Positions 37,407-46,076 of a stretch of 46,426 nt of DNA are shown here, one piece after another. The position numbers were made by a program, and so were the translations under genes. The DNA is from Pseudomonadota bacterium (lineage in GTDB: Bacteria > Pseudomonadota > Gammaproteobacteria > JAFEDO01). Location of the stretch: contig JAFEDO010000009.1 in NCBI GenBank assembly GCA_018241565.1, positions 1-46,426 of the forward strand, written 5' to 3'. Numbering within the stretch: the first letter of the stretch is position 1; every line of letters starts with the position of its first letter. Under the pieces are notes generated by a model. That model was not told the origin of the DNA and did no database searches. It saw only the letters and a list, made by a program, of their open reading frames with translations.

Positions 37407-39458
37407 TCAGAGTGACAACTCATCGCCATAAAAAGTTTTTATGTTATTTAATAATTCAGGTAAAGGACTTTGTTTTGCCAATGGTGAAGTTAACACATCA
37501 GTCCATTCTTTAGTTTTTAAATTTACGAGTACAGGAATAGGTTTTTGTTTGCCGGGATAAAAAGCCAGCATCCAATCTTTGTAAATCACCGCACGTTGTT
37601 TGTTGGCAATTAAATGGGATAATTTGCTTTCTTTAAATTGTACCCGGCCATTAGTAGAGTTGAGCTCATACTCATCCACTCCAATTCTGACTAGAGCCGG
37701 TAATGAAGCGTGTAACATGATGCTGGAATTTGGCATAAATCCTGTTTCATTAAAGATAGGCCTAGGTTTAGAAAGTGGTATCGTGTTGTTGAAGATGTAA
37801 GGTTTTAAAGAAATACCATCATTTTTCCCTAAAGATAAATTTAAAAAATCTAAAATGGTTGGTTTTAAATCGACTAATGAAACAGTAAAAGGTAGATTTC
37901 GTGGAATATTTTTGAATGCGCCGAAACTTTTGAAGCTTAATAATACACGCGATTGAGAAGGGCTTAGTACATCAGAACCATGTCCTGCTAAAGTAGAAAC
38001 ATTTCTTTCCAATAAACTTTCTGATTTCTTTTTTTGTTCTTGATTATATAGTTGGAAAGGACCAGGAATTTTTTTAGGATCAGCAACATAAGGATTTGAA
38101 GTTAAATTATCTTCAGCACGTGCGAATGATTCACCATGATCAGATAATAAAATAACAAGACTATTTTTGAGTAATCCATTTTTTTTCAATTCGTTTAATA
38201 GGGTTTCAAATTGTTTATCAACAACTTGAATGCTTTGTTGATAAAACTGAAAAGACTTTTCAACACTTTCTGGAGGAAAACCTTCGTCAGAAGTAGACGC
38301 TGTTGCGTATGGCCAATGCGTGATACAAAAATGAATATTTAAAAATAAAGGTTTGTTGTGTTTTTCACGTAAGAAATTCTTAATGAGCGTATTAAAAGTA
38401 TTGGGTTGATACGTGATATGTGCTGCACGATTTGCGTGATTATAAGGGAATAACCAAGCGCCAAGTCGAGTGTTGATGATAAGATTCGATAATGGAAAGT
38501 CATAAAGAATCCCTAAAAAGAAATCATTAAATCCAATTTTTGGGCCTAAGATTTTATCGAATCCAAATTGCTCATCAATATTACTAAAACGTTTTTCATC
38601 AGTGATGTATACCGTTTCATATCCTGCTTTTTGTAATTGTTGTGGCAATGTATCACCTAAATGTAATTCTTTAGGGTTAAGCAAGTTATCGCGTGCGCCA
38701 TTATTTTTTGGATATTTTCCTGTCAGAATACTTGTCCATGCTGCGTAAGTACGTGCAAGTGGTGAAATGGCTTGCGTAAAATGAGTAGAGTCTTTCAGGA
38801 ATTGATCGATATGTGGTGCAAGATTTTGGCGATTTCCATAATGATTGAGTTGATCAGGACGTAACGAATCAAATCCAATGATAATAATATTCGGTTTAGT
38901 ATCTGAAACAGTATTTTTAAATTCTGAAGAAAATAAAAAATAAGATAAGCCACTGATAAAAATTACTGCCATAACAAATCGAAATTTCTTATTCAAAAAT
39001 AAAAATGCACTTAAGAGTGCGAGTAATAATTCTAAGCTGAGTAGTGTGACGCATGACAAAAGTAAAATTTTATTAAAAGTGGGGTTGATGAGTGCACTCA
39101 TGAGTTCTGCAAAAATGGACCGCGGAAAATAATATTGGTTCGTTAGAAAAATAACTAAGACGCTCAAGAACCATGTAATCATACCCAGATAAAATGTTTG
39201 ATTGTGATCAAGTTTAAAAAGGCGAGCAGTAAGTCGAGTGGTACCCCAGATTGCAAAAACCACAAAAGCCCAAAGAAATAGTTGCGCGGCAATGTACCTA
39301 GCGAAGTCTTTTATAATAGGAGTGGGGATAACGGGCAACTCATTGGAAGGGATTAGCGAAGCCAATACTTGCCAATGCATGATTTGCAACGCCATCAAGA
39401 AGGCTGTTAAAAGCACAAGAGGCCAAAATAAGAACATTTTTTGCACAGATTTATTCAT
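37407..39458 (-). CDS. membrane-anchored sulfatase-like hydrolase/transferase (alkaline phosphatase superfamily; LtaS/OpgB/EptA-like architecture)
   Basis: 683 aa. The N-terminal ~170 aa hold 5-6 TM helices. The periplasmic domain carries 'IIIIGFDSLRPDQL', 'ARTYAAWTSILTGKYPKNNG' (Thr at the sulfatase Cys/Ser position) and 'LLSDHGESF'. Confidence 0.75.
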   Translation of the reverse strand: MNKSVQKMFLFWPLVLLTAFLMALQIMHWQVLASLIPSNELPVIPTPIIKDFARYIAAQLFLWAFVVFAIWGTTRLTARLFKLDHNQTFYLGMITWFLSVLVIFLTNQYYFPRSIFAELMSALINPTFNKILLLSCVTLLSLELLLALLSAFLFLNKKFRFVMAVIFISGLSYFLFSSEFKNTVSDTKPNIIIIGFDSLRPDQLNHYGNRQNLAPHIDQFLKDSTHFTQAISPLARTYAAWTSILTGKYPKNNGARDNLLNPKELHLGDTLPQQLQKAGYETVYITDEKRFSNIDEQFGFDKILGPKIGFNDFFLGILYDFPLSNLIINTRLGAWLFPYNHANRAAHITYQPNTFNTLIKNFLREKHNKPLFLNIHFCITHWPYATASTSDEGFPPESVEKSFQFYQQSIQVVDKQFETLLNELKKNGLLKNSLVILLSDHGESFARAEDNLTSNPYVADPKKIPGPFQLYNQEQKKKSESLLERNVSTLAGHGSDVLSPSQSRVLLSFKSFGAFKNIPRNLPFTVSLVDLKPTILDFLNLSLGKNDGISLKPYIFNNTIPLSKPRPIFNETGFMPNSSIMLHASLPALVRIGVDEYELNSTNGRVQFKESKLSHLIANKQRAVIYKDWMLAFYPGKQKPIPVLVNLKTKEWTDVLTSPLAKQSPLPELLNNIKTFYGDELSL

Positions 39459-39485
39459 GTCGGTAGCATACTATATATATGGTTG

Positions 39486-39674
39486 CCCCCACCCTAACCC
39501 TCCCCCTTCGTCCGGGGGAGGGGACTTGAGTTTCGGTTCCTTCCTCCGAGGTATCGAGGGAGAGGACTTTAGCTTCAATTCCTTCCTCTGAGATATCGGG
39601 GAGGGAACTTTATTTCTCTTCGGTAAAGTCTCAATTCCCTCCCCCGGTACTCCGGGGGAGGGTTAGGGTGGGGG
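39486..39674. repeat. ~190-bp element: perfect 21-bp terminal inverted repeats enclosing 42-nt tandem repeats
   Basis: TIRs 'cccccaccctaaccctccccc' (39486-39506) and 'gggggagggttagggtggggg' (39654-39674). Internal direct repeats at 39514-39555 and 39556-39597 are ~80% identical by eye, followed by a degenerate third unit. It lies 27 nt upstream of the sulfatase-like gene ATG. Confidence 0.9.
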
Positions 39675-39732
39675 TTCAATTTATTAAAGTTGCGCAGTAT
39701 ACAGCTTTCGTTTTATTTTTTTAACTTTTCCC

Positions 39733-39760
39733 CTTGAATTGTTGACTCTCACCCCTATAT
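39733..39760 (+). promoter_or_regulatory. sigma32 (heat-shock) type promoter of groES-groEL
   Basis: 'CTTGAA' (39733-39738), a 13-nt spacer, then 'CCCCTATAT' (39752-39760). This matches the E. coli sigma32 consensus CTTGAA-N13-15-CCCCATNT. It lies 76 nt upstream of the groES ATG. Confidence 0.7.
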
Positions 39761-39768
39761 CGCTATCA

Positions 39769-39795
39769 TTGGCACTCTCGTTAAGAGAGTGCTAA
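39769..39795 (+). promoter_or_regulatory. CIRCE operator (HrcA binding site)
   Basis: 'TTGGCACTC-tcgttaaga-GAGTGCTAA' against the consensus TTAGCACTC-N9-GAGTGCTAA (1 mismatch). It is positioned at the predicted transcription start / 5' UTR of groES. Confidence 0.8.
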
Positions 39796-39835
39796 AAAGC
39801 GATTTTAGATTTCTAGACAATTTAGGAGAAAATGC

Positions 39836-40129
39836 ATGAGTAAGATTCGTCCTTTACATGATCGAGTGGTTATCCGCCGATTACCAGAAGAAACCAAGAC
39901 TGCCAGTGGAATTGTTATTCCAGATACTGCAAAAGAAAAGCCAAGCCAAGGTGTTGTTATGGCAATAGGTTCAGGCAAAGTGTTAGCAAACGGTGAAGTT
40001 TGCGCTTTAGCTGTAAAAGTAAAAGATAAAGTACTATTCGGCAAATACTCAGGAACAGAAATCAAGCTGGGTGGCGAAGAACTCGTCGTTATGCGCGAAG
40101 AAGATATCTTAGGTGTAATTGAAGCTTAA
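39836..40129 (+). CDS. groES: co-chaperonin GroES
   Basis: 97 aa, '[26 protein letters not shown]'. The AGGAGA RBS (39824-39829) lies 6 nt upstream. Confidence 0.97.
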   Translation: MSKIRPLHDRVVIRRLPEETKTASGIVIPDTAKEKPSQGVVMAIGSGKVLANGEVCALAVKVKDKVLFGKYSGTEIKLGGEELVVMREEDILGVIEA

Positions 40130-40155
40130 TTATTTATTTTAGAGAGGAAAATACA

Positions 40156-41802
40156 ATGTCTGCTAAAGAACTCATTTATAGTAATGATGCTCGTATTAGA
40201 ATGTTAGATGGTGTGGATGGTTTGGCGAAAGCAGTTGCCGTTACACTAGGTCCAAAGGGTCGTAACGTTGTTATCGAAAAATCTTTCGGTTCACCTATCG
40301 TTACTAAAGACGGTGTGACTGTTGCGAAAGAAATTGAATTTGAAAATAAATTCAAAAACATGGGCGCTCAGATGGTTAAAGAAGTTGCGTCACAAACTTC
40401 TGACAACGCGGGCGATGGTACAACGACAGCTACTGTATTAGCTCATGCAATTATCATGGAAGGCCAAAAATCTGTAGTTGCTGGTGCAAATCCTATGGAT
40501 CTCAAACGCGGTATTGATAAAGCCGTTGAAGAATTGATTGGTGCACTGAAGAAACTTTCTAAGCCTTGCAAAGATACTAAAGCGATTGCACAAGTTGGTA
40601 CTATTTCTGCAAACTCTGATGCAACAGTTGGAAATATTATTGCTGAAGCAATGGAAAAAGTGGGTAAAGAAGGCGTTATCACTGTCGAAGAAGGCAATGG
40701 ATTGAAAGATGAATTGTCTGTTGTTGAAGGTATGCAGTTTGATCGTGGTTACATATCTCCATACTTCATCAACAACCAACAAAACATGAGCGCTGAATTA
40801 CAAGATCCTTATGTTCTGCTCGTCGACAAGAAAATTTCTAATATTCGCGAAATGTTGCCAACATTAGAAGGCGTTGCGAAAGCAGGTCGTTCACTCTTGA
40901 TCATCTCTGAAGATGTTGAAGGTGAAGCATTAGCAACTTTAGTTGTGAATAATATTCGCGGTATCGTTAAAGTTTGTGCGGTTAAAGCGCCAGGTTTTGG
41001 TGATCGTCGTAAAGCCATGTTGCAAGACATCGCTATTTTAACTTCTGCTAATGTGATTGCTGAAGAAATTGGTAAAACTTTAGAAGGTGCTGGTGTTGCC
41101 GATTTAGGAACTGCGAAACGAGTAGTAGTTACTAAAGAAAATACAACTATCATCGGTGGTTCTGGTAAAGCAAAAGATATCCAAGCACGTATCACTGAAA
41201 TTCGTGCTCAGATCGCTGATACGACTTCTGACTATGATCGTGAAAAACTCCAAGAACGCGTTGCAAAATTAGCAGGCGGTGTTGCAGTGATCAAAGTAGG
41301 TGCTGCGACTGAAATGGAAATGAAAGAAAAGAAAGCACGCGTAGAAGATGCGCTGCATGCAACTCGTGCTGCCGTAGAAGAAGGCGTGGTTCCTGGTGGT
41401 GGTGTCGCGTTGATTCGTGCACAACACGTATTAAAGACACTCACTGGTGACAATGAAGATCAAAATATTGGTATCAATATTCTTCGTCGTGCGATTGAAG
41501 CGCCATTACGTCAAATCGTTTCTAACGCTGGTGTAGAAGCTTCTGTTGTTTTAAATGAAGTGGCAAAAGGCAAAGGAAGTTTTGGTTATAACGCTGCGAC
41601 TGGTGAATTTGGTGACATGTTAGAAATGGGTATTTTGGATCCAACCAAAGTGACTCGTACTGCATTACAAAATGCAGCTTCTGTTGCCGGACTCATGTTG
41701 ACGACAGAATGCATGATTGCTGAACTTCCTAAGAAGGAACAGCAAGCACCTATGGGCGGTGGTGACATGGGTGGAATGGGAGGTATGGGCGGCATGATGT
41801 AA
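40156..41802 (+). CDS. groEL: chaperonin GroEL
   Basis: 548 aa with '[12 protein letters not shown]', '[17 protein letters not shown]'-type motifs ('[21 protein letters not shown]') and a C-terminal GGM repeat '[15 protein letters not shown]'. Confidence 0.98.
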   Translation: MSAKELIYSNDARIRMLDGVDGLAKAVAVTLGPKGRNVVIEKSFGSPIVTKDGVTVAKEIEFENKFKNMGAQMVKEVASQTSDNAGDGTTTATVLAHAIIMEGQKSVVAGANPMDLKRGIDKAVEELIGALKKLSKPCKDTKAIAQVGTISANSDATVGNIIAEAMEKVGKEGVITVEEGNGLKDELSVVEGMQFDRGYISPYFINNQQNMSAELQDPYVLLVDKKISNIREMLPTLEGVAKAGRSLLIISEDVEGEALATLVVNNIRGIVKVCAVKAPGFGDRRKAMLQDIAILTSANVIAEEIGKTLEGAGVADLGTAKRVVVTKENTTIIGGSGKAKDIQARITEIRAQIADTTSDYDREKLQERVAKLAGGVAVIKVGAATEMEMKEKKARVEDALHATRAAVEEGVVPGGGVALIRAQHVLKTLTGDNEDQNIGINILRRAIEAPLRQIVSNAGVEASVVLNEVAKGKGSFGYNAATGEFGDMLEMGILDPTKVTRTALQNAASVAGLMLTTECMIAELPKKEQQAPMGGGDMGGMGGMGGMM

Positions 41803-41824
41803 TCAGCCGTTCGTTCCGAACTAC

Positions 41825-41858
41825 AAAAAACCCGCTCATGAGCGGGTTTTTTGTTTTT
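41825..41858 (+). terminator. rho-independent terminator of groESL
   Basis: 'aaaaaacccgctcatgagcgggttttttgttttt': a GC stem cccgc/gcggg with a short loop, then a T-tract. It starts 23 nt after the groEL stop. Confidence 0.85.
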
Positions 41859-41901
41859 GGTGGTGTCATTTCTATGAGCTTCTCACCAGAGCGTGAACCT
41901 T

Positions 41902-41968
41902 GTCATCCTGAGCGTTAGCGAAGGATCTCAATGGTACTACGAGATCCTTCGCTAACGCTCAGGATGAC
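41902..41968. repeat. family-A palindromic element with perfect 28-nt arms
   Basis: 'gtcatcctgagcgttagcgaaggatctc' - 11 nt - 'gagatccttcgctaacgctcaggatgac'. Confidence 0.95.
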
Positions 41969-42039
41969 AAGCTTACAGAGATGACAATGACACGCTGACT
42001 TTGCTATATTCCATCTCCAGAAAATAAGGAAGCATTCTC

Positions 42040-43323
42040 GTGGGATTATCTAAAGAAGCACAAATCACTAAGGAACTCTCCAATCGAATTGTGAATGCTC
42101 AAAAACCTATTCGTATTTTAGATGCCATTAAGTGGGATGATAGTATTAAGCGCGATTTTTTTAGTAAAAATTGCCAAGAACCTCCATCTGTTAGCTTAGA
42201 ATATTATAAAAAATATCCACTTATTTTTAATCCTGAAGAAAAAATTGAAGAATTCCGTGCGATAGAACGTGACATCACCAAGAATTTGGGTCAATTCAAT
42301 CCAGTTGGTGAAATCATGATGCGCATGTGCCGGGAATATCGAATGGTTGTTCGTATGTTAATGGCTCGAGGGACTCCAGAATTTTCTCAGCTATCACAAA
42401 ACTTATATGGTGCAGCGGATGAAGTGTTTTATCCTGGGGGACCCAGTGTTCATGATGTCGCTGAGATTTTTTCTGAAGTAACACCAAAAATTGAATCTTA
42501 TACAACCAATGAATTAGATGAGAAAAATATTGATAGCGCTAAAGCAGCTGAAATTTTAAGAGTACGATTACAAAATTATTTTACCGAGCAAGAGGAACCC
42601 ATTCAAGTTGAAGTGACTGATGAAGTGGTTGCAGATGCCGCAGCGGGTGCAGAAGTATTAAAACTTCGAAGTAATGCGATGTTCAGTGAACGACAACTTC
42701 GATTACTAGAAGTACATGAAGGATGGGTACATCTCGGAACAACACTCAATGGACGCGCCCAACCCGTCTGTACTTTTCTCAGTAAAGGTCCTCCTTCTTC
42801 AACGGTGACACAAGAAGGATTAGCCGTTCTCATGGAATTATTTACCTTCAGAGAATATCCAGAACGTTTACGTCGATTAGCGAATCGAGTCGTTACTATA
42901 TCTATGGTTGATAAAGGGGCCAATTTCTTAGATATATTTCATTACTTTCAAGAACAAGGATACGGTGATGAAAATAGCTATGAAACTTCAGTGCGTATTT
43001 TCCGCGGCAGTACACCTGATGGATTACCTTTCACGAAAGATTTATCGTACACCAAAGGTGTTGTCATGATCTTTAATTACATTCGATTAGCCATACAGCG
43101 CGGATTATTAGATCGCATTCCATTATTATTCTTAGGTAAAACAACACTTGGTGATTTGCATTCATGGTCTGATCTCATCGACAAAAAAATTGTCGTTCGC
43201 CCTAAATATGTTCCCCCTCAGTTTTTTGATATGTCTGGACTCGCCTCCTGGGTGAGTTATTCATTATTCCTCAACAAAATTAATTTGCAGAAGCTCGCCG
43301 AGAACTACAAGCAGATTTTGTAA
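42040..43323 (+). CDS. QEGLA-motif protein (DUF1704 family, putative metallopeptidase-like)
   Basis: 427 aa with a GTG start. It contains the family-defining 'TQEGLAVLMELFT' and 'LEVHEGWVHLGT'. Confidence 0.75.
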   Translation: MGLSKEAQITKELSNRIVNAQKPIRILDAIKWDDSIKRDFFSKNCQEPPSVSLEYYKKYPLIFNPEEKIEEFRAIERDITKNLGQFNPVGEIMMRMCREYRMVVRMLMARGTPEFSQLSQNLYGAADEVFYPGGPSVHDVAEIFSEVTPKIESYTTNELDEKNIDSAKAAEILRVRLQNYFTEQEEPIQVEVTDEVVADAAAGAEVLKLRSNAMFSERQLRLLEVHEGWVHLGTTLNGRAQPVCTFLSKGPPSSTVTQEGLAVLMELFTFREYPERLRRLANRVVTISMVDKGANFLDIFHYFQEQGYGDENSYETSVRIFRGSTPDGLPFTKDLSYTKGVVMIFNYIRLAIQRGLLDRIPLLFLGKTTLGDLHSWSDLIDKKIVVRPKYVPPQFFDMSGLASWVSYSLFLNKINLQKLAENYKQIL

Positions 43324-43375
43324 ACAGACTCGTGTTTTCGAGAAAGCTTTTAATAAATGACTAATACCATTTTTC

Positions 43376-43410
43376 CTGGAATATTGATGATTGGATCGCT
43401 AATATTCCAG
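43376..43410. repeat. 10-bp inverted repeat between convergent genes (possible weak bidirectional terminator or island boundary)
   Basis: 'ctggaatatt' - 15 nt - 'aatattccag'. There is no convincing U-tract on either strand. Confidence 0.3.
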
Positions 43411-43506
43411 AGAAAATAGGTTTTTGAAGTTTTTATTAAGAGGTAAAGGTATAGAACATACCGACTCTACTTGCATGGTTATTATCCATGTATACAAGTT
43501 GCAAGT

Positions 43507-44616
43507 TTATCGCTTTGGCGCAAGGCAAACAGGCCTTCCAATAAAACCTGTAAGATCATAATGGAGATGAGGTTGAGATTGTTGAGATGAAGATCCTCGC
43601 GTATTTGCTAATATCGGTGAATCTTCGGATATAAGCTTTATTGTAAGCGAGTTCTTTGTTTTCCTGCTTGGCTTTGTGCAGTCATCTTTTTTTTCTTCTT
43701 TATTAAAATTTTTGGAATAGTATTCCACTCTTAAATTAAGTTCATTGCATTCCTGCTTTCTAGATTCAAAAATTATTTTAAGTCCTTCGATATGATCATT
43801 TCCAACAATAAATGAAAAATCATTTTTTTCTGTATTGGCTTTTAAAATAAGAAAAATATTATTACAAAAAACATGATTTCTTAAATTAATTAAGATTTCA
43901 GTACTATGGATATCTTCTTCACAAGGGTTATCGAAGAAAGCCCGTAATTTGTCTGTACTCAAATTAGCATTTTGTGCAATTGTTTCGTATGTAGTCCTTA
44001 TCATTGTTAGTAATTTAGGAAGTAAAATATTTCTTAAGAATGGGTCTAACAATTTTTTAAATTCAAAGAATAATCTAAAAAAATTTAAATCAAATTTAAC
44101 TATGTCTATTTTTTCCGAAAAAAGCAATTCATCATAGATAATAAAGTGATATCCTACTATGTCTAGCAAATGATTTTCTTTTAAAACACCTGAAATGAAG
44201 TCTTTTATAGGGCTCCCAAAAGCAAGAAATAAAATTTCTTTCACATAGTCAACTATCATTTCAGTAAAATTGTGTCTAGATTGCTTTACTGATTTAATAT
44301 TTTTTTTAACTTCAGAATCTAACTGGCTTATACAATCTAAAATTTTGTTTTCTTGATCTAAATTATATAGAGCCATAAAATCTCGAATACCATGAAATGT
44401 AGTTATGTGACACTTTAAAATATCACCATAAATTGATAACAATGCATCTTCGACGCCGTAAATATAATTAGATTTTTTAAGTTCTTCAGTATTAAAATAC
44501 AAACCTTCTTGAAACAAAATTAATGTGTGCTGCTCAGCTTGATTACGGTAATTTTTTTTGCGATTCTGATCAATAAGATTATTATGCGCTTCACCATATA
44601 TTTTTAGAAGTTTCAT
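43507..44616 (-). CDS. hypothetical protein, no recognisable family; partner of the upstream P-loop/wHTH gene
   Basis: 369-aa uninterrupted ORF in very AT-rich DNA, 53 nt downstream of and co-directional with 44670-45902. Mostly helical-looking and Lys/Asn/Ile/Phe-rich. The C-terminal ~60 aa are polar and low-complexity ('KKDDCTKPSRKTKNS..RGSSSQQSQPHLH'). Confidence 0.55.
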   Translation of the reverse strand: MKLLKIYGEAHNNLIDQNRKKNYRNQAEQHTLILFQEGLYFNTEELKKSNYIYGVEDALLSIYGDILKCHITTFHGIRDFMALYNLDQENKILDCISQLDSEVKKNIKSVKQSRHNFTEMIVDYVKEILFLAFGSPIKDFISGVLKENHLLDIVGYHFIIYDELLFSEKIDIVKFDLNFFRLFFEFKKLLDPFLRNILLPKLLTMIRTTYETIAQNANLSTDKLRAFFDNPCEEDIHSTEILINLRNHVFCNNIFLILKANTEKNDFSFIVGNDHIEGLKIIFESRKQECNELNLRVEYYSKNFNKEEKKDDCTKPSRKTKNSLTIKLISEDSPILANTRGSSSQQSQPHLHYDLTGFIGRPVCLAPKR

Positions 44617-44669
44617 AAAAAGCGTCCATCATGTTGGTTACGGAAGTATAATTTCTAAAAATGTGTACA

Positions 44670-45902
44670 TCAAATATCCGAATATGCAATTGTCGCATCG
44701 AGTGACGGATAATAATATTTTAATTTTCCAGCTTGTTTAATAGTAATCAGTTGTTTTTCATGTAAGACGGAAATAACTCTGCCAACATATTGTGGGGTTT
44801 TTTTAATTATTTTAGCTACGTCATTTGGTATTGGATTTTTTAAATTGACTAATATTTTTAAGACATTTTCTTCAGCACTAGTAATATCGGTACGTTCGAC
44901 TCTATCTCTGGCTAATTTAATTAACATAGGTTTTGCTAAATCAATTGTAATTTTATTAGTTAAATCACCTACGTGTAAACTGTTCATCAAACGAGAAACT
45001 AAACCGAAAATGTAACGCAATCTACCGGAAGTGATTTGATATAGATAAGTAAATACTTCCATTTCAATCGGTATTTCTGTTTTTGGAGAGTTTCTATAAT
45101 ACTCAAATCGCTTGGTAAGCATTTCAGTAAATTCTTCTTTATTTAAAGGATTTATTTTGACTTCGTAAGAAATAATATCATCCATACGATCAACTTGCTG
45201 AGCGATAAATTTTCTAAGACCAATATCGCCAACGAATAGCCAATTTGTTCCATCAATTTGCGTGTAATCTCTTAATGCATTAAATAAATATTTCATCTCT
45301 TGTTCAGTATGAACAACGCCTACATCTAAGTTATTTAATTGTAAAAGTACGCCATGTTTGTAACCATTTTCTCTGATCAAAGCAACTAAATCTTCGATAA
45401 GATGACTTAGTGTAGCTGATGGAATGATAATAGGTTGTGTTACAACACCAGCGGTTTTTCCATAATTAATGCCAGCACCAAAAGCCTCAATGCCAAAAGA
45501 ACGATAGGTTTCAGCAATGCGTGAAGAAATAGCTTTTGCATTATGGAAACGAGGATCTTTTGTAATAGCTGAGTTATTAGCAAATAATTCTAGTTCTCTG
45601 ACAAGATGTGAAATGATCACAGCTAGTAAAGTTTCAAGCCGCCAACCTTGATCGATCTTAATTTCATTTTTTGTCGTAAAGTAATGTTTATTATTTTTTG
45701 TTGTAAACCTCAAGTAGTTGCCGAATGATGTTGTACCAACTCCTCTGGCTCCTTCTATAACAATTCTGACGTTACTACTTGTTAAGACATTTTGGCAGGT
45801 TTTTACTTCCTGACTATGGCCTGTGTAGAGTGCCAACGTTTCACTGGTAATAGGCGTAGTTTTTAAGGGGTCATCTTTAAAGCCAAGTGTTTGCCAATGC
45901 AT
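44670..45902 (-). CDS. ORC/Cdc6-like (AAA_16 / COG1373-like) P-loop NTPase with C-terminal winged-helix domain; Walker A Lys replaced by Thr
   Basis: 410 aa. P-loop 'VIEGARGVGTTSFGNYL' (nt 45726-45752). Walker B-like 'GTNWLFVGDIG'. The C-terminal 'ENVLKILVNLKNPIPNDVAKIIKKTPQYVGRVISVLHEKQLITIK' looks like a MarR/wHTH. An SD-like 'GGAGA' precedes the ATG. Confidence 0.6.
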   Translation of the reverse strand: MHWQTLGFKDDPLKTTPITSETLALYTGHSQEVKTCQNVLTSSNVRIVIEGARGVGTTSFGNYLRFTTKNNKHYFTTKNEIKIDQGWRLETLLAVIISHLVRELELFANNSAITKDPRFHNAKAISSRIAETYRSFGIEAFGAGINYGKTAGVVTQPIIIPSATLSHLIEDLVALIRENGYKHGVLLQLNNLDVGVVHTEQEMKYLFNALRDYTQIDGTNWLFVGDIGLRKFIAQQVDRMDDIISYEVKINPLNKEEFTEMLTKRFEYYRNSPKTEIPIEMEVFTYLYQITSGRLRYIFGLVSRLMNSLHVGDLTNKITIDLAKPMLIKLARDRVERTDITSAEENVLKILVNLKNPIPNDVAKIIKKTPQYVGRVISVLHEKQLITIKQAGKLKYYYPSLDATIAYSDI

Positions 45903-45921
45903 TTGTTTCTCCGTGAGTTAG

Positions 45922-45999
45922 TGAACCTATTATAACCTAAAAATAGGTTCTGAACCACTTTTTGGGTTCTGAACCTATTTTTAGGTTATAATAGGTTCA
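45922..45999. promoter_or_regulatory. 35-bp-arm near-perfect palindrome in the divergent intergenic region (candidate operator / bidirectional promoter)
   Basis: Arms 45922-45956 and 45965-45999 pair with a single mismatch (45951/45970), separated by an 8-nt spacer. Each arm is itself a hairpin (GAACCTAT..ATAGGTTC). Each arm contains TATAAT, at 45987-45992 on + and 45929-45934 on -. The pentamer GAACC/GGTTC occurs six times. Confidence 0.6.
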
Positions 46000-46012
46000 A
46001 GCTACATTTTAA

Positions 46013-46041
46013 TTGACAAAGTTTAAAGTAATTACTAATAT
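46013..46041 (+). promoter_or_regulatory. sigma70-like promoter for the AbiEi-like gene
   Basis: Perfect -35 'TTGACA' (46013-46018), a 17-nt spacer, then -10 'TAATAT' (46036-46041). It lies 35 nt upstream of the ATG at 46077. Confidence 0.5.
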
Positions 46042-46076
46042 TGTTAGTTGTTTTAATATAAAATGTCAAATAAAAT

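Noticed and set aside
39238-39591. 117-aa ORF on the plus strand
   Set aside because: It is antisense to the 5' end of the sulfatase-like gene and continues into the TIR element ('CPHPNPPPSSGGGD'), so it is a repeat-derived artefact.
40176-41795. Multiple antisense ORFs inside groEL (61-128 aa)
   Set aside because: These are classic shadow ORFs opposite a highly expressed, codon-biased gene. groEL's identity is unambiguous.
32531-41968. The palindromic repeats as a CRISPR array
   Set aside because: The copies are dispersed in separate intergenic regions, are hairpins with variable architecture, and lack regular repeat-spacer periodicity. No cas genes are present.
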